Assembly: GCA_041663185.1 (NCBI GenBank)
Contig: JBAZQY010000001.1
Location: 19,448 to 83,447, forward strand
Length of the DNA stretch: 64,000 nt
Direction: 5' to 3'
Source: Minisyncoccota bacterium
GTDB lineage: Bacteria > Patescibacteriota > Minisyncoccia > Phycocordibacterales > UBA9973
How positions within the stretch are numbered: the stretch's first letter is position 1; the number at the start of each line of letters is the position of its first letter. Positions 37,216 through 46,574 of this stretch are shown piece after piece. Under the pieces are notes generated by a model. The model made no database searches. It was not told where the DNA came from and saw only the letters and a program-made list of their open reading frames with translations. The position numbers were made by a program, and so were the translations under genes.

Positions 37216-39117
37216 CTATTTCACCACTCGCGCATTTGCTGGTAAGAAATTGGAAACATTCAACAATAATGTAGTAATTGGGCCACGAGTACTTTTGATT
37301 AAAACATTTGCGAATGTATCTGTCCCTGAGAGATACACCTCTTTCATAAGCTGAGGCACACTACCGACTTGTGATAATGATGGTTTAATAGAAATATAGA
37401 AAGAAGCTTCACTATTTGAATTTATTCCGGTGTTCGGATTCACTTGCCCAATATTCCAAGTCACTTCACGTGTTACTTCATTATAAGTAACATTTTCATT
37501 TTCCCCAGATGTTATACCAACCCATTTAATATATATCGGTAAAGCAGCATGGGCTTGAGCCTGATTTATGTTATTTGTTGAATTTGAAAGTGTCCAAGTC
37601 ACAGCGTACGTTGTCTCCGTTTCAGCTTTTGGAGGCATGCTTCCTGAAACGTATGTTGCTGATGAGACAATCTGGAAATCAGATAATATTTTTACAATTT
37701 TTTCAGAAAAATTATTGACATCATCATATGTCGAGCCAAGTTGTGGTTGCCTACCCTTAATACTTACCTTAAGAGAAACTTGTGGATCTTTTATGGTATT
37801 GGTTAGACCAACATAAGAAGGAACTTTGAAACTAAATGAGACTTCTCCCGTTTCGCCTGGATTTATTTCTGCTAGATTAGGAATAGAATTCTTGTCCCAG
37901 ATAATTTGATTGTTGGCAGAGTCATAAAAACCATTTGAAGGTTTAACCATATCCTTGTCGAAAGAATTACCAGATAGTCCTACAATAATTTGTCCGTCAG
38001 TAATAAGCGTCGATAGATTATTTGCCCAAGCAACAGCAACATCTACCTCCTCTCCACCAGAAACTGCATACTCGGGAAGATCTTGGCTGTTCACTAATAT
38101 ACGAGCTTCAAGGAATGGTCTCGCAATTACAACTTTCTGTAATACTGAACTATAGATAACATTAATAACGGATTGGTTCATTTCTCCAGTAGCCCCCGCA
38201 TACGCATGAAAAACTTGTTCGTCTCCATCTTGACCAACCAAGCGCCCTCTAACTTCGACAACAATAGGGTCTTCTGCTGTTAGGGTGGATAAATCCCAAA
38301 AAGAATTTCCAAGAGTCGGCATTGGAATAGCACTTTCAAAAATAAAATTATTTGGATATGTTATTTGAAGCATTGGATTCTCATCTGGTAGAGAAGTATT
38401 GAGAGTTGCCGTAACCTTAAAAGAAATTGGTTGATTGGCTGTCGCACTTGATGGTCCATCCATTATCAAAGAAAGCGGAGCCAAGCTGATTGTTACAGGA
38501 TAAAATTTATCTTTAGTAAAAATTGCATTTGACCCCTGAGGATGATACTCTAAACCAATTTTAATATTGCGAATGGATTTCTCTTCTCCAAAAAGTTTTA
38601 CTTTAACATTACGAATAACACTTTCCCCGGGTTTAATTGTTCCAATCGCATCACGAGGCAATCGGACAACATCTGTAACATTATCTTCCGCTCCCTTCGG
38701 GTATTCGATAATTAAATTTGCAAGTTCTAGATTTGCATTATTTTTATTTGTAATCTCAATTTGTAGAGGCAATTCATCCCCACCTTTAGTAAAAGCATTT
38801 CCAATAACAACAATATCTATTTTGTCATTTGAAACCGAGACATCATTACTGTAGAATTTATAAAAAGCAAAACCCAATGCTCCAACAAAAAAAATGGCCG
38901 AGGCAATAAAAAATTTCTTAAATACTGATTTCTTTGGTTGCTTAAATTTATTATTCATATTATCATCCTTTCTCGTCTGATCATCACTCCACTTTTCGTT
39001 CACTTCATGATTAACTTGATGTAACACTCCTTCTCGGTCATGAACCATCGATGGATCATTTGGATCATAAAGATGCATTTTTATATCTTCAATTTTATTT
39101 TTCCTTTCTTCTACCAT
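37216..39117 (-). CDS. Membrane-anchored beta-rich (Ig-like repeat) hypothetical protein
   Basis: Single TM near N-terminus; repeated I.PGE.G...F and W.I/L motifs. Confidence 0.75.
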   Translation of the reverse strand: MVEERKNKIEDIKMHLYDPNDPSMVHDREGVLHQVNHEVNEKWSDDQTRKDDNMNNKFKQPKKSVFKKFFIASAIFFVGALGFAFYKFYSNDVSVSNDKIDIVVIGNAFTKGGDELPLQIEITNKNNANLELANLIIEYPKGAEDNVTDVVRLPRDAIGTIKPGESVIRNVKVKLFGEEKSIRNIKIGLEYHPQGSNAIFTKDKFYPVTISLAPLSLIMDGPSSATANQPISFKVTATLNTSLPDENPMLQITYPNNFIFESAIPMPTLGNSFWDLSTLTAEDPIVVEVRGRLVGQDGDEQVFHAYAGATGEMNQSVINVIYSSVLQKVVIARPFLEARILVNSQDLPEYAVSGGEEVDVAVAWANNLSTLITDGQIIVGLSGNSFDKDMVKPSNGFYDSANNQIIWDKNSIPNLAEINPGETGEVSFSFKVPSYVGLTNTIKDPQVSLKVSIKGRQPQLGSTYDDVNNFSEKIVKILSDFQIVSSATYVSGSMPPKAETETTYAVTWTLSNSTNNINQAQAHAALPIYIKWVGITSGENENVTYNEVTREVTWNIGQVNPNTGINSNSEASFYISIKPSLSQVGSVPQLMKEVYLSGTDTFANVLIKSTRGPITTLLLNVSNFLPANARVVK

Positions 39118-39143
39118 ACTCTCCTTATTATAGCACAAAAATC

Positions 39144-39728
39144 CTATAACTGACTTTCATTTAAGGCATTGTTTATATGGGCAATTATGGATTGACGTTC
39201 TTTGAGTAAGACCTCTATTTTACTTTGATCAAATGCAGATGAGAGATATTTTTCGAGAATTGCTGAGTCACCTATGTATCCCAAACTATTTAGAATCCGC
39301 AAGACTAGGTGTAATTCAAGAGCTTCTCGAGATTGCGAAGAAACATTTTCATCATCTAATAAATAGAGGGCTTGAATGAAATCATTAAAAATATTTTCAT
39401 TTGGGCTCTCTCCATGACAAAGTCTCTCGAGCAAGTTACTAACTCGCATTATTAAAACAAGTGATGCGGTATTACTTCTTGCTAGGGAGAAAGAAGAAAT
39501 ATGTCTGGCTGAAGTCACTCGCCAAATTTCTTTCCCTCTAACTAAGTCGACATTTACATAAGAAAAATCCTGCAAAGTAAAACGGAGTTTTGATTTATGA
39601 AATCGTACCCCTTGAGCAACAGCTTTGATGAGGCCCAACTCGCGAGTATAAATCGTGAGCATTTTATTGGCTTCGCCGGTATTGCGAGACGAAAGTATAA
39701 ATCCATGAGTGTGGTGTATGTGATGCAT
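39144..39728 (-). CDS. recO: DNA repair protein RecO
   Basis: GFILS..GEANK..IYTRELG.I.A.A.GVR..KSKLR. Confidence 0.88.
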   Translation of the reverse strand: MHHIHHTHGFILSSRNTGEANKMLTIYTRELGLIKAVAQGVRFHKSKLRFTLQDFSYVNVDLVRGKEIWRVTSARHISSFSLARSNTASLVLIMRVSNLLERLCHGESPNENIFNDFIQALYLLDDENVSSQSREALELHLVLRILNSLGYIGDSAILEKYLSSAFDQSKIEVLLKERQSIIAHINNALNESQL

Positions 39729-39765
39729 TTGAGATAATTACTAATTACCAATTACTAATGACTAA

Positions 39766-40329
39766 TTATTTCATCATTTTTAATAATGCTTCTAGGGCTT
39801 GTGATAATTCAAAACATTTTTCATCTGGTGATAAATGGCCTCCGCCTGGAATTGGAACTAAATTACCAGAAACTTTTTCAGTTAAATATCCTGCATCATA
39901 AAATGAAACCACATTATCACTATCCCCATGGATTACTGTAAAATTTTTACATGTACTTTTTATATGATCAAAATCAAATGCACCATCTAAAAAAGCATTA
40001 ACTTGTTCATATCCATCTTTTTCTATTTTGGCTATTGGCCCCGAGACTAATACAGCCCCTCCGATTTTAGAATCTTTATCTAAAAATTCTAAATACCGCA
40101 AAATAGCCGGAACTCCCAAAGAATGCCCTACTAAAAATATTCCCTCGTTTGGTACTCCGACAGCTTCACTAATGGTTTTTATCCATTCACTTTTTATGGG
40201 GTTATCTGGTGTAGGCATTGGCAAAGAACATGCATATACTCCATGTTCAGCAAGTCCATTCATAAGCCATGATTTCCATCCACCATTCGGAGTCCCCATA
40301 AACCCATGTACAATAAATACTTTTTTCAT
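39766..40329 (-). CDS. YdeN/RBBP9-type alpha/beta hydrolase
   Basis: FIVHG..W..W, GHSLG, D..V, GGH. Confidence 0.9.
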   Translation of the reverse strand: MKKVFIVHGFMGTPNGGWKSWLMNGLAEHGVYACSLPMPTPDNPIKSEWIKTISEAVGVPNEGIFLVGHSLGVPAILRYLEFLDKDSKIGGAVLVSGPIAKIEKDGYEQVNAFLDGAFDFDHIKSTCKNFTVIHGDSDNVVSFYDAGYLTEKVSGNLVPIPGGGHLSPDEKCFELSQALEALLKMMK

Positions 40330-40330
40330 A

Positions 40331-40969
40331 TTATATTTCTTCTTCTTTCCCTATTTCTAATTTTATAAAATTAATATTATCTTCTTTCAAAAGTTTTTCG
40401 GGAATTCTCCATGTAAAAGTTGCAAAATCTTGCATTATCGCATCATGTACTGGGAAACAAATTCTTGGTCTTATATTTTTCGCGTAATCAATTGCATCTT
40501 TCATTTTCATCCAAGGCCCAGCTACAGGAAGTGCGAGTATATCTACATCGGTATCTGGATAATTAAATGAATCTCCGCCATAACATAAATTATCTATCAT
40601 ATAACCAGTATTTTGTACTACTCCATACTCTCGATAAATTTCTGCGTGAGCATTACCAAATCCAATAATATTTACACCCGAAACTCCATATCTTTCCCCT
40701 TCCTCAACTTTTATATACACTATTTCTTCCTTATCAAGAATTTTACCAACAACTGTATTCGTGATAACAATTGCATTTGGATTATTTCCAAGAACTTTTT
40801 TTAATGAATCAATATGTAAATGATCACTGTGTTCATGAGTAATTAAAATAGCATTAATATTTTTTTCTTCAACCTGTAACACTGAAAAGGCCCCCGGATC
40901 AGTCATAATTCTGACTCCATCTTTAGGTTCTACAACAAAACAACAATGTCCTAATTTCTTAACTTTCAT
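40331..40969 (-). CDS. Metallo-beta-lactamase-fold hydrolase
   Basis: LGHCCF, TDP, THEHSDH, GDS, PVH. Confidence 0.9.
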   Translation of the reverse strand: MKVKKLGHCCFVVEPKDGVRIMTDPGAFSVLQVEEKNINAILITHEHSDHLHIDSLKKVLGNNPNAIVITNTVVGKILDKEEIVYIKVEEGERYGVSGVNIIGFGNAHAEIYREYGVVQNTGYMIDNLCYGGDSFNYPDTDVDILALPVAGPWMKMKDAIDYAKNIRPRICFPVHDAIMQDFATFTWRIPEKLLKEDNINFIKLEIGKEEEI

Positions 40970-40999
40970 TCTTTAATTATACCACAACCAAAAATCTCT

Positions 41000-43900
41000 T
41001 TATTTCTCAATAGTTATTTTAAAGACAATTTCTCCTGTTTTTATTTCTTCTCCGGTATTTCCCTTGAATTGTATTTCTTTTGCACTTACTGCTTTCATTA
41101 ATTCAGATTTAAATTTATTTATCAATTCTTGCCCTTCAGTATTTGTCTCAACAATAAGGGTAACAACATCACTAGGATTTAATCCATTATTTTTTCTGAT
41201 ATCTTGAATAGCTCGAACAAGTTCACGATACTGCCCTTCTTTCTTTAATTCCGGAGTTATATTTGTATCAAGTTCAACTTTTTGTTCGTCCCCCTTGATA
41301 AATTCAACTTCCTTAATATTTAACTCATCTTTAAGAATTTCCTGATAATCAATTGGTAATTGGTAATTGGTAATTAGTAATTTACTAAGTGGTTGCCTAA
41401 CGGGGATACCCTCTTTTTGCCTTGCTTGTAAACCAAGTGTAACAATATCACGAGCCTTTTGCATTTCTTCAATAATTTTTAATTCTTCATTGTTAATTCT
41501 TAATTCATTCTCAGGCCATTCTGCTAAATGCACACTCTCCTCATCTTTTTCATTTTTTAATTTCTGCCAAATATCCTCACTAGCAAATGGAGTAAACGGC
41601 GCCATTAATTTAATTAATGTTTTTAGAACATAGTAAAGAGTAATTTTTGCTTGTTCTTCTCCTTCTTTTATTCTGTCGCGTGAGCGACGTAGATACCAAG
41701 TTGAAAGATCATCAATAAAATCACGAATTGCTCGCACCGGTTCAAGAAGTTTGTAGTCATCTAATTTTTGTGTGCATTCATCGGTTAATTCCGTCAATCT
41801 TGCTATTATCCATTGATCTAAAATGTTATCTGATTTTTTGTATTCAATATTTTCTAACTCTATATCGCGATATAGTTCATAAAAAGCTAGCACGTTGTAA
41901 AGCAGATTAAATACCTTACTGTGAAGTTCCGCCACAGTCTTTTCATCAAAGTTTTTTGATTCCCCAGGTTGATTAACTGCATACATCCACAAGCGCAAAG
42001 TATCAACTCCATATTTGTCCATCATGGACCATGGGTCAACAATATTTCCGAGCGACTTACTCATCTTCTTCCCTTTTGCATCAAGTAAATGTCCTAAACA
42101 AATAACATTCTTGTACGCTTTACCTTTACCCATAATTGCTCCAACTGCATGAAGTGTATAGAACCATCCACGTGTCTGATCAATCGCTTCTGAAATAAAG
42201 TCGGCTGGGTACCCACCTCCTTTTTCAATTAAGTCTTTATTCTCAAAAGGATAATGATCTTGAGAGAATGGCATCGTTCCTGAATCAAGCCAAACATCCA
42301 TCACCTCCTTTACTCGAACAAGATTCCCCCCACAATCACAAGTAAGTTCTACTTCATCAATAAATGGTTTATGCAAATCAAGTTCATAATCTTCATTATG
42401 GGGGATAGCTACAAAATTATATTCTTCAAAATTTCCAAAATCTACAGGGTCCTCTTTCCAGTTTTTCCAAGCTGTCTTGACATCATCTCCATTAAGAATT
42501 GACGGTAACACTTCAAAAACTATCCCGTGAGCAACAAAAAGAATGTTTTCGCCTGAATACTTTGATTCCATCTCATAAATAAAATTAGCCACACGCTTTT
42601 TTGCTTCATAACATGATTCACCACCTTCCGGAGGAGTAAAAAAATCTTCGTGTTTCTTTCTCCATTCATTATAATCAGTTTTTGATTTACCATTATAAAT
42701 ACCGAAATTATATTCATGTAATCTTTCATCAGTAATTATTTGTTCCCTGGAAAAACCAATTACATCAGCAACAATTTTTGCTGTCTCTTGTGTTCGGATA
42801 AATGGGGATACAAATATTTTTGTAATTTTTTTATTTCGCAATTTCTCTGCCATTTCTTTTACATATTTTTTACCATTTTCAGTTAAATGATGAGGAAGAT
42901 TTGGATCACCCCCACTACAAACATTCAAAATGGTATGTTCCCCTTCTCCATGCCTCATTCCAAAATATTTATTCCCTGATCTTTTGGTTTTAGATTTTAA
43001 ATCTTCAACACTTCCAATAACTTCAACTTTATTGCATTTATCACAAGTCCAAACAGGAAGTGGGCTCCCCCAATAACGCTCACGAGAAATTGCCCAGTCT
43101 TTAATTTCTCTTAGCCATTCACCAAAACGTCCTTCTTTGATATAAGCTGGTTCCCAATTTATTCCTTCATTTTCTTTCACGAGTTTATCTCGCAACTGTG
43201 ACATCCTAATATACCAAGAGTCACGAGCATAATAGATAAGCGCCGTGTGACATCGCCAACAATGTGGGTATGAGTGCTCATATTTTTCTTTCTTAAATAA
43301 AAGTCCTCTATGAGCCAAATCTTTAATTATATCAACAGCGACTTCTTCATCGCGAACAAATCTAAAACTTAAATCTAAATCACCTTGTTTCATTTCAGAA
43401 TAAAAAGTTCCATTCAATCCCACTAAATGATGTTTAGGTAAATTTAATTTATTCCCTAAGGTGAAGTCATCCTGTCCGTACATTACAGCTGTATGCACAA
43501 CACCTGTACCATCTTCTGTGGTCACAAAATCAGCTGGGTATATTTTATAAGCATTAACCATTTTAGCTGATTCTGTTTGATTTTGTCTTATTTCATTTTC
43601 TAAAAAAGAATACAGCGGTTCATATTCAAGACCAATTAAATCTTTACCCTTAATATCATCGTACACAATTTCTATTTTTTGGTCTTCAAATACATTCTCA
43701 ACACGTGCACTAGCAAGAATATATAATTCAGAAACCCCATCAACTCGTAATGCTGTATAAGAAATATTTTCACCAACAGCTAAAGCTACATTGCCTGGTA
43801 GTGTCCACGGAGTTGTAGTCCAAGCTAGAATATATGCAGAATCTTTTGTTTCTTTATTGCCGCCATATTTTTGACCTGATTTCAATTTTAATTTCACATA

Positions 43901-44533
43901 CACCGACAAATCTTTTACATTTTCATATCCTTGGGCAAGTTCGTGCGAAGAAAGTCCTGTCCCGCAACGAGGACACCAAGGCACAACTTTATAATCTTTA
44001 TAAAGTAATTTTTGTTTGTCAGCTTCTTTGATAACATTCCAAACCGACTCAATATAATCATTATGATAAGTCACATAAGGATTTTCTTGATCAACCCAAA
44101 AACCAATTCGTTCGGTAAATTTATTCCAATATTCCAAATATTCCCAAACACTTTCTTTACATTGCTGGTTAAATTTTGCTATTCCATATTCCTCAATTGC
44201 TTTCTTTGAAGAGAGCCCGAGTTTCTTCTCAACTTGAAGTTCAACTGGTAAACCGTGCGTATCCCATCCACCTTTTCGGCGGACATGATAACCTCGCATA
44301 GTTTTGTATCGTGGAATAACATCCTTGAATGCTCTAGCTTCTAAATGATGTATCCCTGGTTTACCATTGGCAGTCGGTGGCCCTTCATAAAAAACATACT
44401 CACCCTTGGATGCATCTTTTTCTAAACTCTTTTTGAATATTTCCTGCTCTTTCCAAAACTGTAAAACTGCCTCCTCTCGTAAGGCAGATGCTGACTTTTT
44501 TGCTTCATTTTCATTTTCTGACATATTTCTCAT
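41000..44533 (-). CDS. ileS: Isoleucine--tRNA ligase (type 2) with inserted histidine-phosphatase domain
   Basis: EGPPTANG.P..HH, GWDTHGLPVE, WTTTPWTLP, DWAISRERYWG, DQTRGWFYTL, KMSKS; insert with MRHGE and VAHG. Confidence 0.96.
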   Translation of the reverse strand: MRNMSENENEAKKSASALREEAVLQFWKEQEIFKKSLEKDASKGEYVFYEGPPTANGKPGIHHLEARAFKDVIPRYKTMRGYHVRRKGGWDTHGLPVELQVEKKLGLSSKKAIEEYGIAKFNQQCKESVWEYLEYWNKFTERIGFWVDQENPYVTYHNDYIESVWNVIKEADKQKLLYKDYKVVPWCPRCGTGLSSHELAQGYENVKDLSVYVKLKLKSGQKYGGNKETKDSAYILAWTTTPWTLPGNVALAVGENISYTALRVDGVSELYILASARVENVFEDQKIEIVYDDIKGKDLIGLEYEPLYSFLENEIRQNQTESAKMVNAYKIYPADFVTTEDGTGVVHTAVMYGQDDFTLGNKLNLPKHHLVGLNGTFYSEMKQGDLDLSFRFVRDEEVAVDIIKDLAHRGLLFKKEKYEHSYPHCWRCHTALIYYARDSWYIRMSQLRDKLVKENEGINWEPAYIKEGRFGEWLREIKDWAISRERYWGSPLPVWTCDKCNKVEVIGSVEDLKSKTKRSGNKYFGMRHGEGEHTILNVCSGGDPNLPHHLTENGKKYVKEMAEKLRNKKITKIFVSPFIRTQETAKIVADVIGFSREQIITDERLHEYNFGIYNGKSKTDYNEWRKKHEDFFTPPEGGESCYEAKKRVANFIYEMESKYSGENILFVAHGIVFEVLPSILNGDDVKTAWKNWKEDPVDFGNFEEYNFVAIPHNEDYELDLHKPFIDEVELTCDCGGNLVRVKEVMDVWLDSGTMPFSQDHYPFENKDLIEKGGGYPADFISEAIDQTRGWFYTLHAVGAIMGKGKAYKNVICLGHLLDAKGKKMSKSLGNIVDPWSMMDKYGVDTLRLWMYAVNQPGESKNFDEKTVAELHSKVFNLLYNVLAFYELYRDIELENIEYKKSDNILDQWIIARLTELTDECTQKLDDYKLLEPVRAIRDFIDDLSTWYLRRSRDRIKEGEEQAKITLYYVLKTLIKLMAPFTPFASEDIWQKLKNEKDEESVHLAEWPENELRINNEELKIIEEMQKARDIVTLGLQARQKEGIPVRQPLSKLLITNYQLPIDYQEILKDELNIKEVEFIKGDEQKVELDTNITPELKKEGQYRELVRAIQDIRKNNGLNPSDVVTLIVETNTEGQELINKFKSELMKAVSAKEIQFKGNTGEEIKTGEIVFKITIEK

Positions 44534-44547
44534 ATTACCAAAAAATC

Positions 44548-44740
44548 TTGCATTTTAAAAGACAGAAGAATAGAATTAATTCAATAGATGATCTTTCCTG
44601 TTCGGGGATGATATTCGCTTCTGTCTCACCTTATCATTTCCCGAAAATACATGCGGCCGCCATGGTCTTTTCCATCTCACCTAAAGTTCCAGGGGGAATT
44701 ATGGGTGTAGGCTCCAAGCATTTTGCTTGGAGCCGTTTTT
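44548..44740 (+). ncRNA. Candidate stand-alone structured small RNA (~155 nt) with own promoter and terminator
   Basis: TTGCAT-17-TAGAAT (44548-44576), hairpin 44601-44645, terminator GGCTCCAAGCA-TTT-TGCTTGGAGCC-GTTTTT. Confidence 0.5.
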
Positions 44741-44793
44741 ATTTATTAATTTTTACCAAACTAACGCTATAGCAATGAATTGGTAAAATTGTT

Positions 44794-46461
44794 TTAATAT
44801 ACCTCTTTTTGATAGCAACTTTCACAATAAATAATTTCCGGTCTTTCTGGTGCATACGATGTTTCAAATTCATTCGTGCAACCTTCATTCATACACTTCC
44901 TGTGCCAAAGCTTAGACGGACCCCTAAGTTTGAAACGCTTTTCCAATCTACAAAGAAAACAGCTTCTAGGGATTGGGATTTTCCATTTTCTATAAAAAGA
45001 AAGTTCATCCACTATTATTTTATAATTTCTTTTGCAAATATCACATTCCAAAACTTCTTCTATTATTGAATCTAGAATATCTTCAATATCGTCTGGGATT
45101 TCAAATAAAGTAGTTTTCCCTTCCGTCTTCTGTATATTATTTTGCCAAACAAGTCCTTTTTTGAGAATTTCTTCTTTACTTAAAGGAAAAGAGAGCATGG
45201 CCATTGATTCATTGTAAGCAAATGGGGATTTATCCATTGGGAAAAATTCTCCCCACTCACCTGTATTTTTCATATGCTCGATAATTTTTTCTTTTAATTT
45301 AAAATATTCTTCTTTACTATATTGTTTATTAAAAATCATGTACTTGGAGTGTTTCAGTCCAGCACAACCAAAACATTCCTGACAAGACATACAAAAGTCA
45401 GTATATGTAATGTCTAGATTTTTCTAGGAAGTCACAGTAAAAGAAGCTCGGTGGGAATGGTCAGGAGTCACACCTTCATAACACTGTTCTAACTCACCTC
45501 CAACAGACAAATCATAACTATTTTTTTGGACATCACCATTCTCAAGATATTTTGAATCTTCTGCTTTATGGGAATGAAAAACATATTTGGAATTTTTACT
45601 ATTAAACAAATTCTGTCCTTCACACTTAAAACAATTAATTTGATTTGCAAACTTATGCGGTTGTTTTAATAAAAATATATTAAATTCTTTCTTTGCTCTT
45701 TCTACTCCAGAATATGTGTCCAGCTTATATTCGTCAAGAATTTTTTCGTATTCTTTTTTTGTATATTGTTTATTTAGAATACAATATTTCTTTCCTTGAA
45801 GATTTGCGCACATAAAACAGTCTGTGCAACCTCGACATGAATAACAAAAACTACAATTAACTAAATTTGCAGATTGCTGAATATATTTTGATCCAAAACA
45901 CCTGTCACTATACATTACTTCATAAATACCCTCACTTTGATTAAATATTCCCATACAATCAACTCCATCTTTCATATTCCCTCCATATGAAAAATACATG
46001 CAGTTTTCCATTTTCCAGCAAACCATAGCCATATAACAATTTTTTCCATATGCAAAATCTTGAGTATATTCACAATTTACACTTCCTACATTGTTATCAT
46101 TGATTAAAGCTAGCGCTGGTACTTTTTGACGAAGTTCCGTAAATTGATCAAAAAAGGAGCGAGAAAAATCAAAATCCTGTCCATAACTTTTAGGATTCCA
46201 ATTGTCTCCCCACCAGCATTTATTACAATAAATTATTTGCGTTTTATCTGGAGAATAGATTGATATTATTTTTCTTTTACATAAATCACATTCACGATTA
46301 TAAAGAGAAAATTCATTCCTATATGCCAATCTTCTTTGGCTGCGACACTCAGGGCAAAAAGTCGGTGGAGGAACTTTAATTTTCTCATAAAATCCAAAAT
46401 CATCCAGCTCAATAGTAAAGTCATTTTTGCAGTTTTGGCATTGTTTTACTTCAGAATTCAT
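44794..46461 (-). pseudogene. Cys-rich repeat protein interrupted by one in-frame TAG at 45424-45426
   Basis: ORFs 45424-46461 and 44794-45390 share a frame; read-through gives FTVTS*KNLDITYTDFCMSCQECFGC. Confidence 0.8.
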
Positions 46462-46489
46462 ATATTAATTATAACACACACTTTCCACA

Positions 46490-46528
46490 ATCCCCCCAGA
46501 TAGGGCCTAAAGCCCTATCTGGGGGGAT
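46490..46528. repeat. Perfect 17-bp GC-rich hairpin (terminator or REP-like)
   Basis: ATCCCCCCAGATAGGGC-CTAAA-GCCCTATCTGGGGGGAT. Confidence 0.8.
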
Positions 46529-46574
46529 ATTGATTTTTAATACCTATTTGTTACTTCTTACTTACTACTTTTTA

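Noticed and set aside
44534-44790. T-box leader for ileS
   Set aside because: No GGTGGNACC T-box consensus on the minus strand; terminator polarity is plus strand
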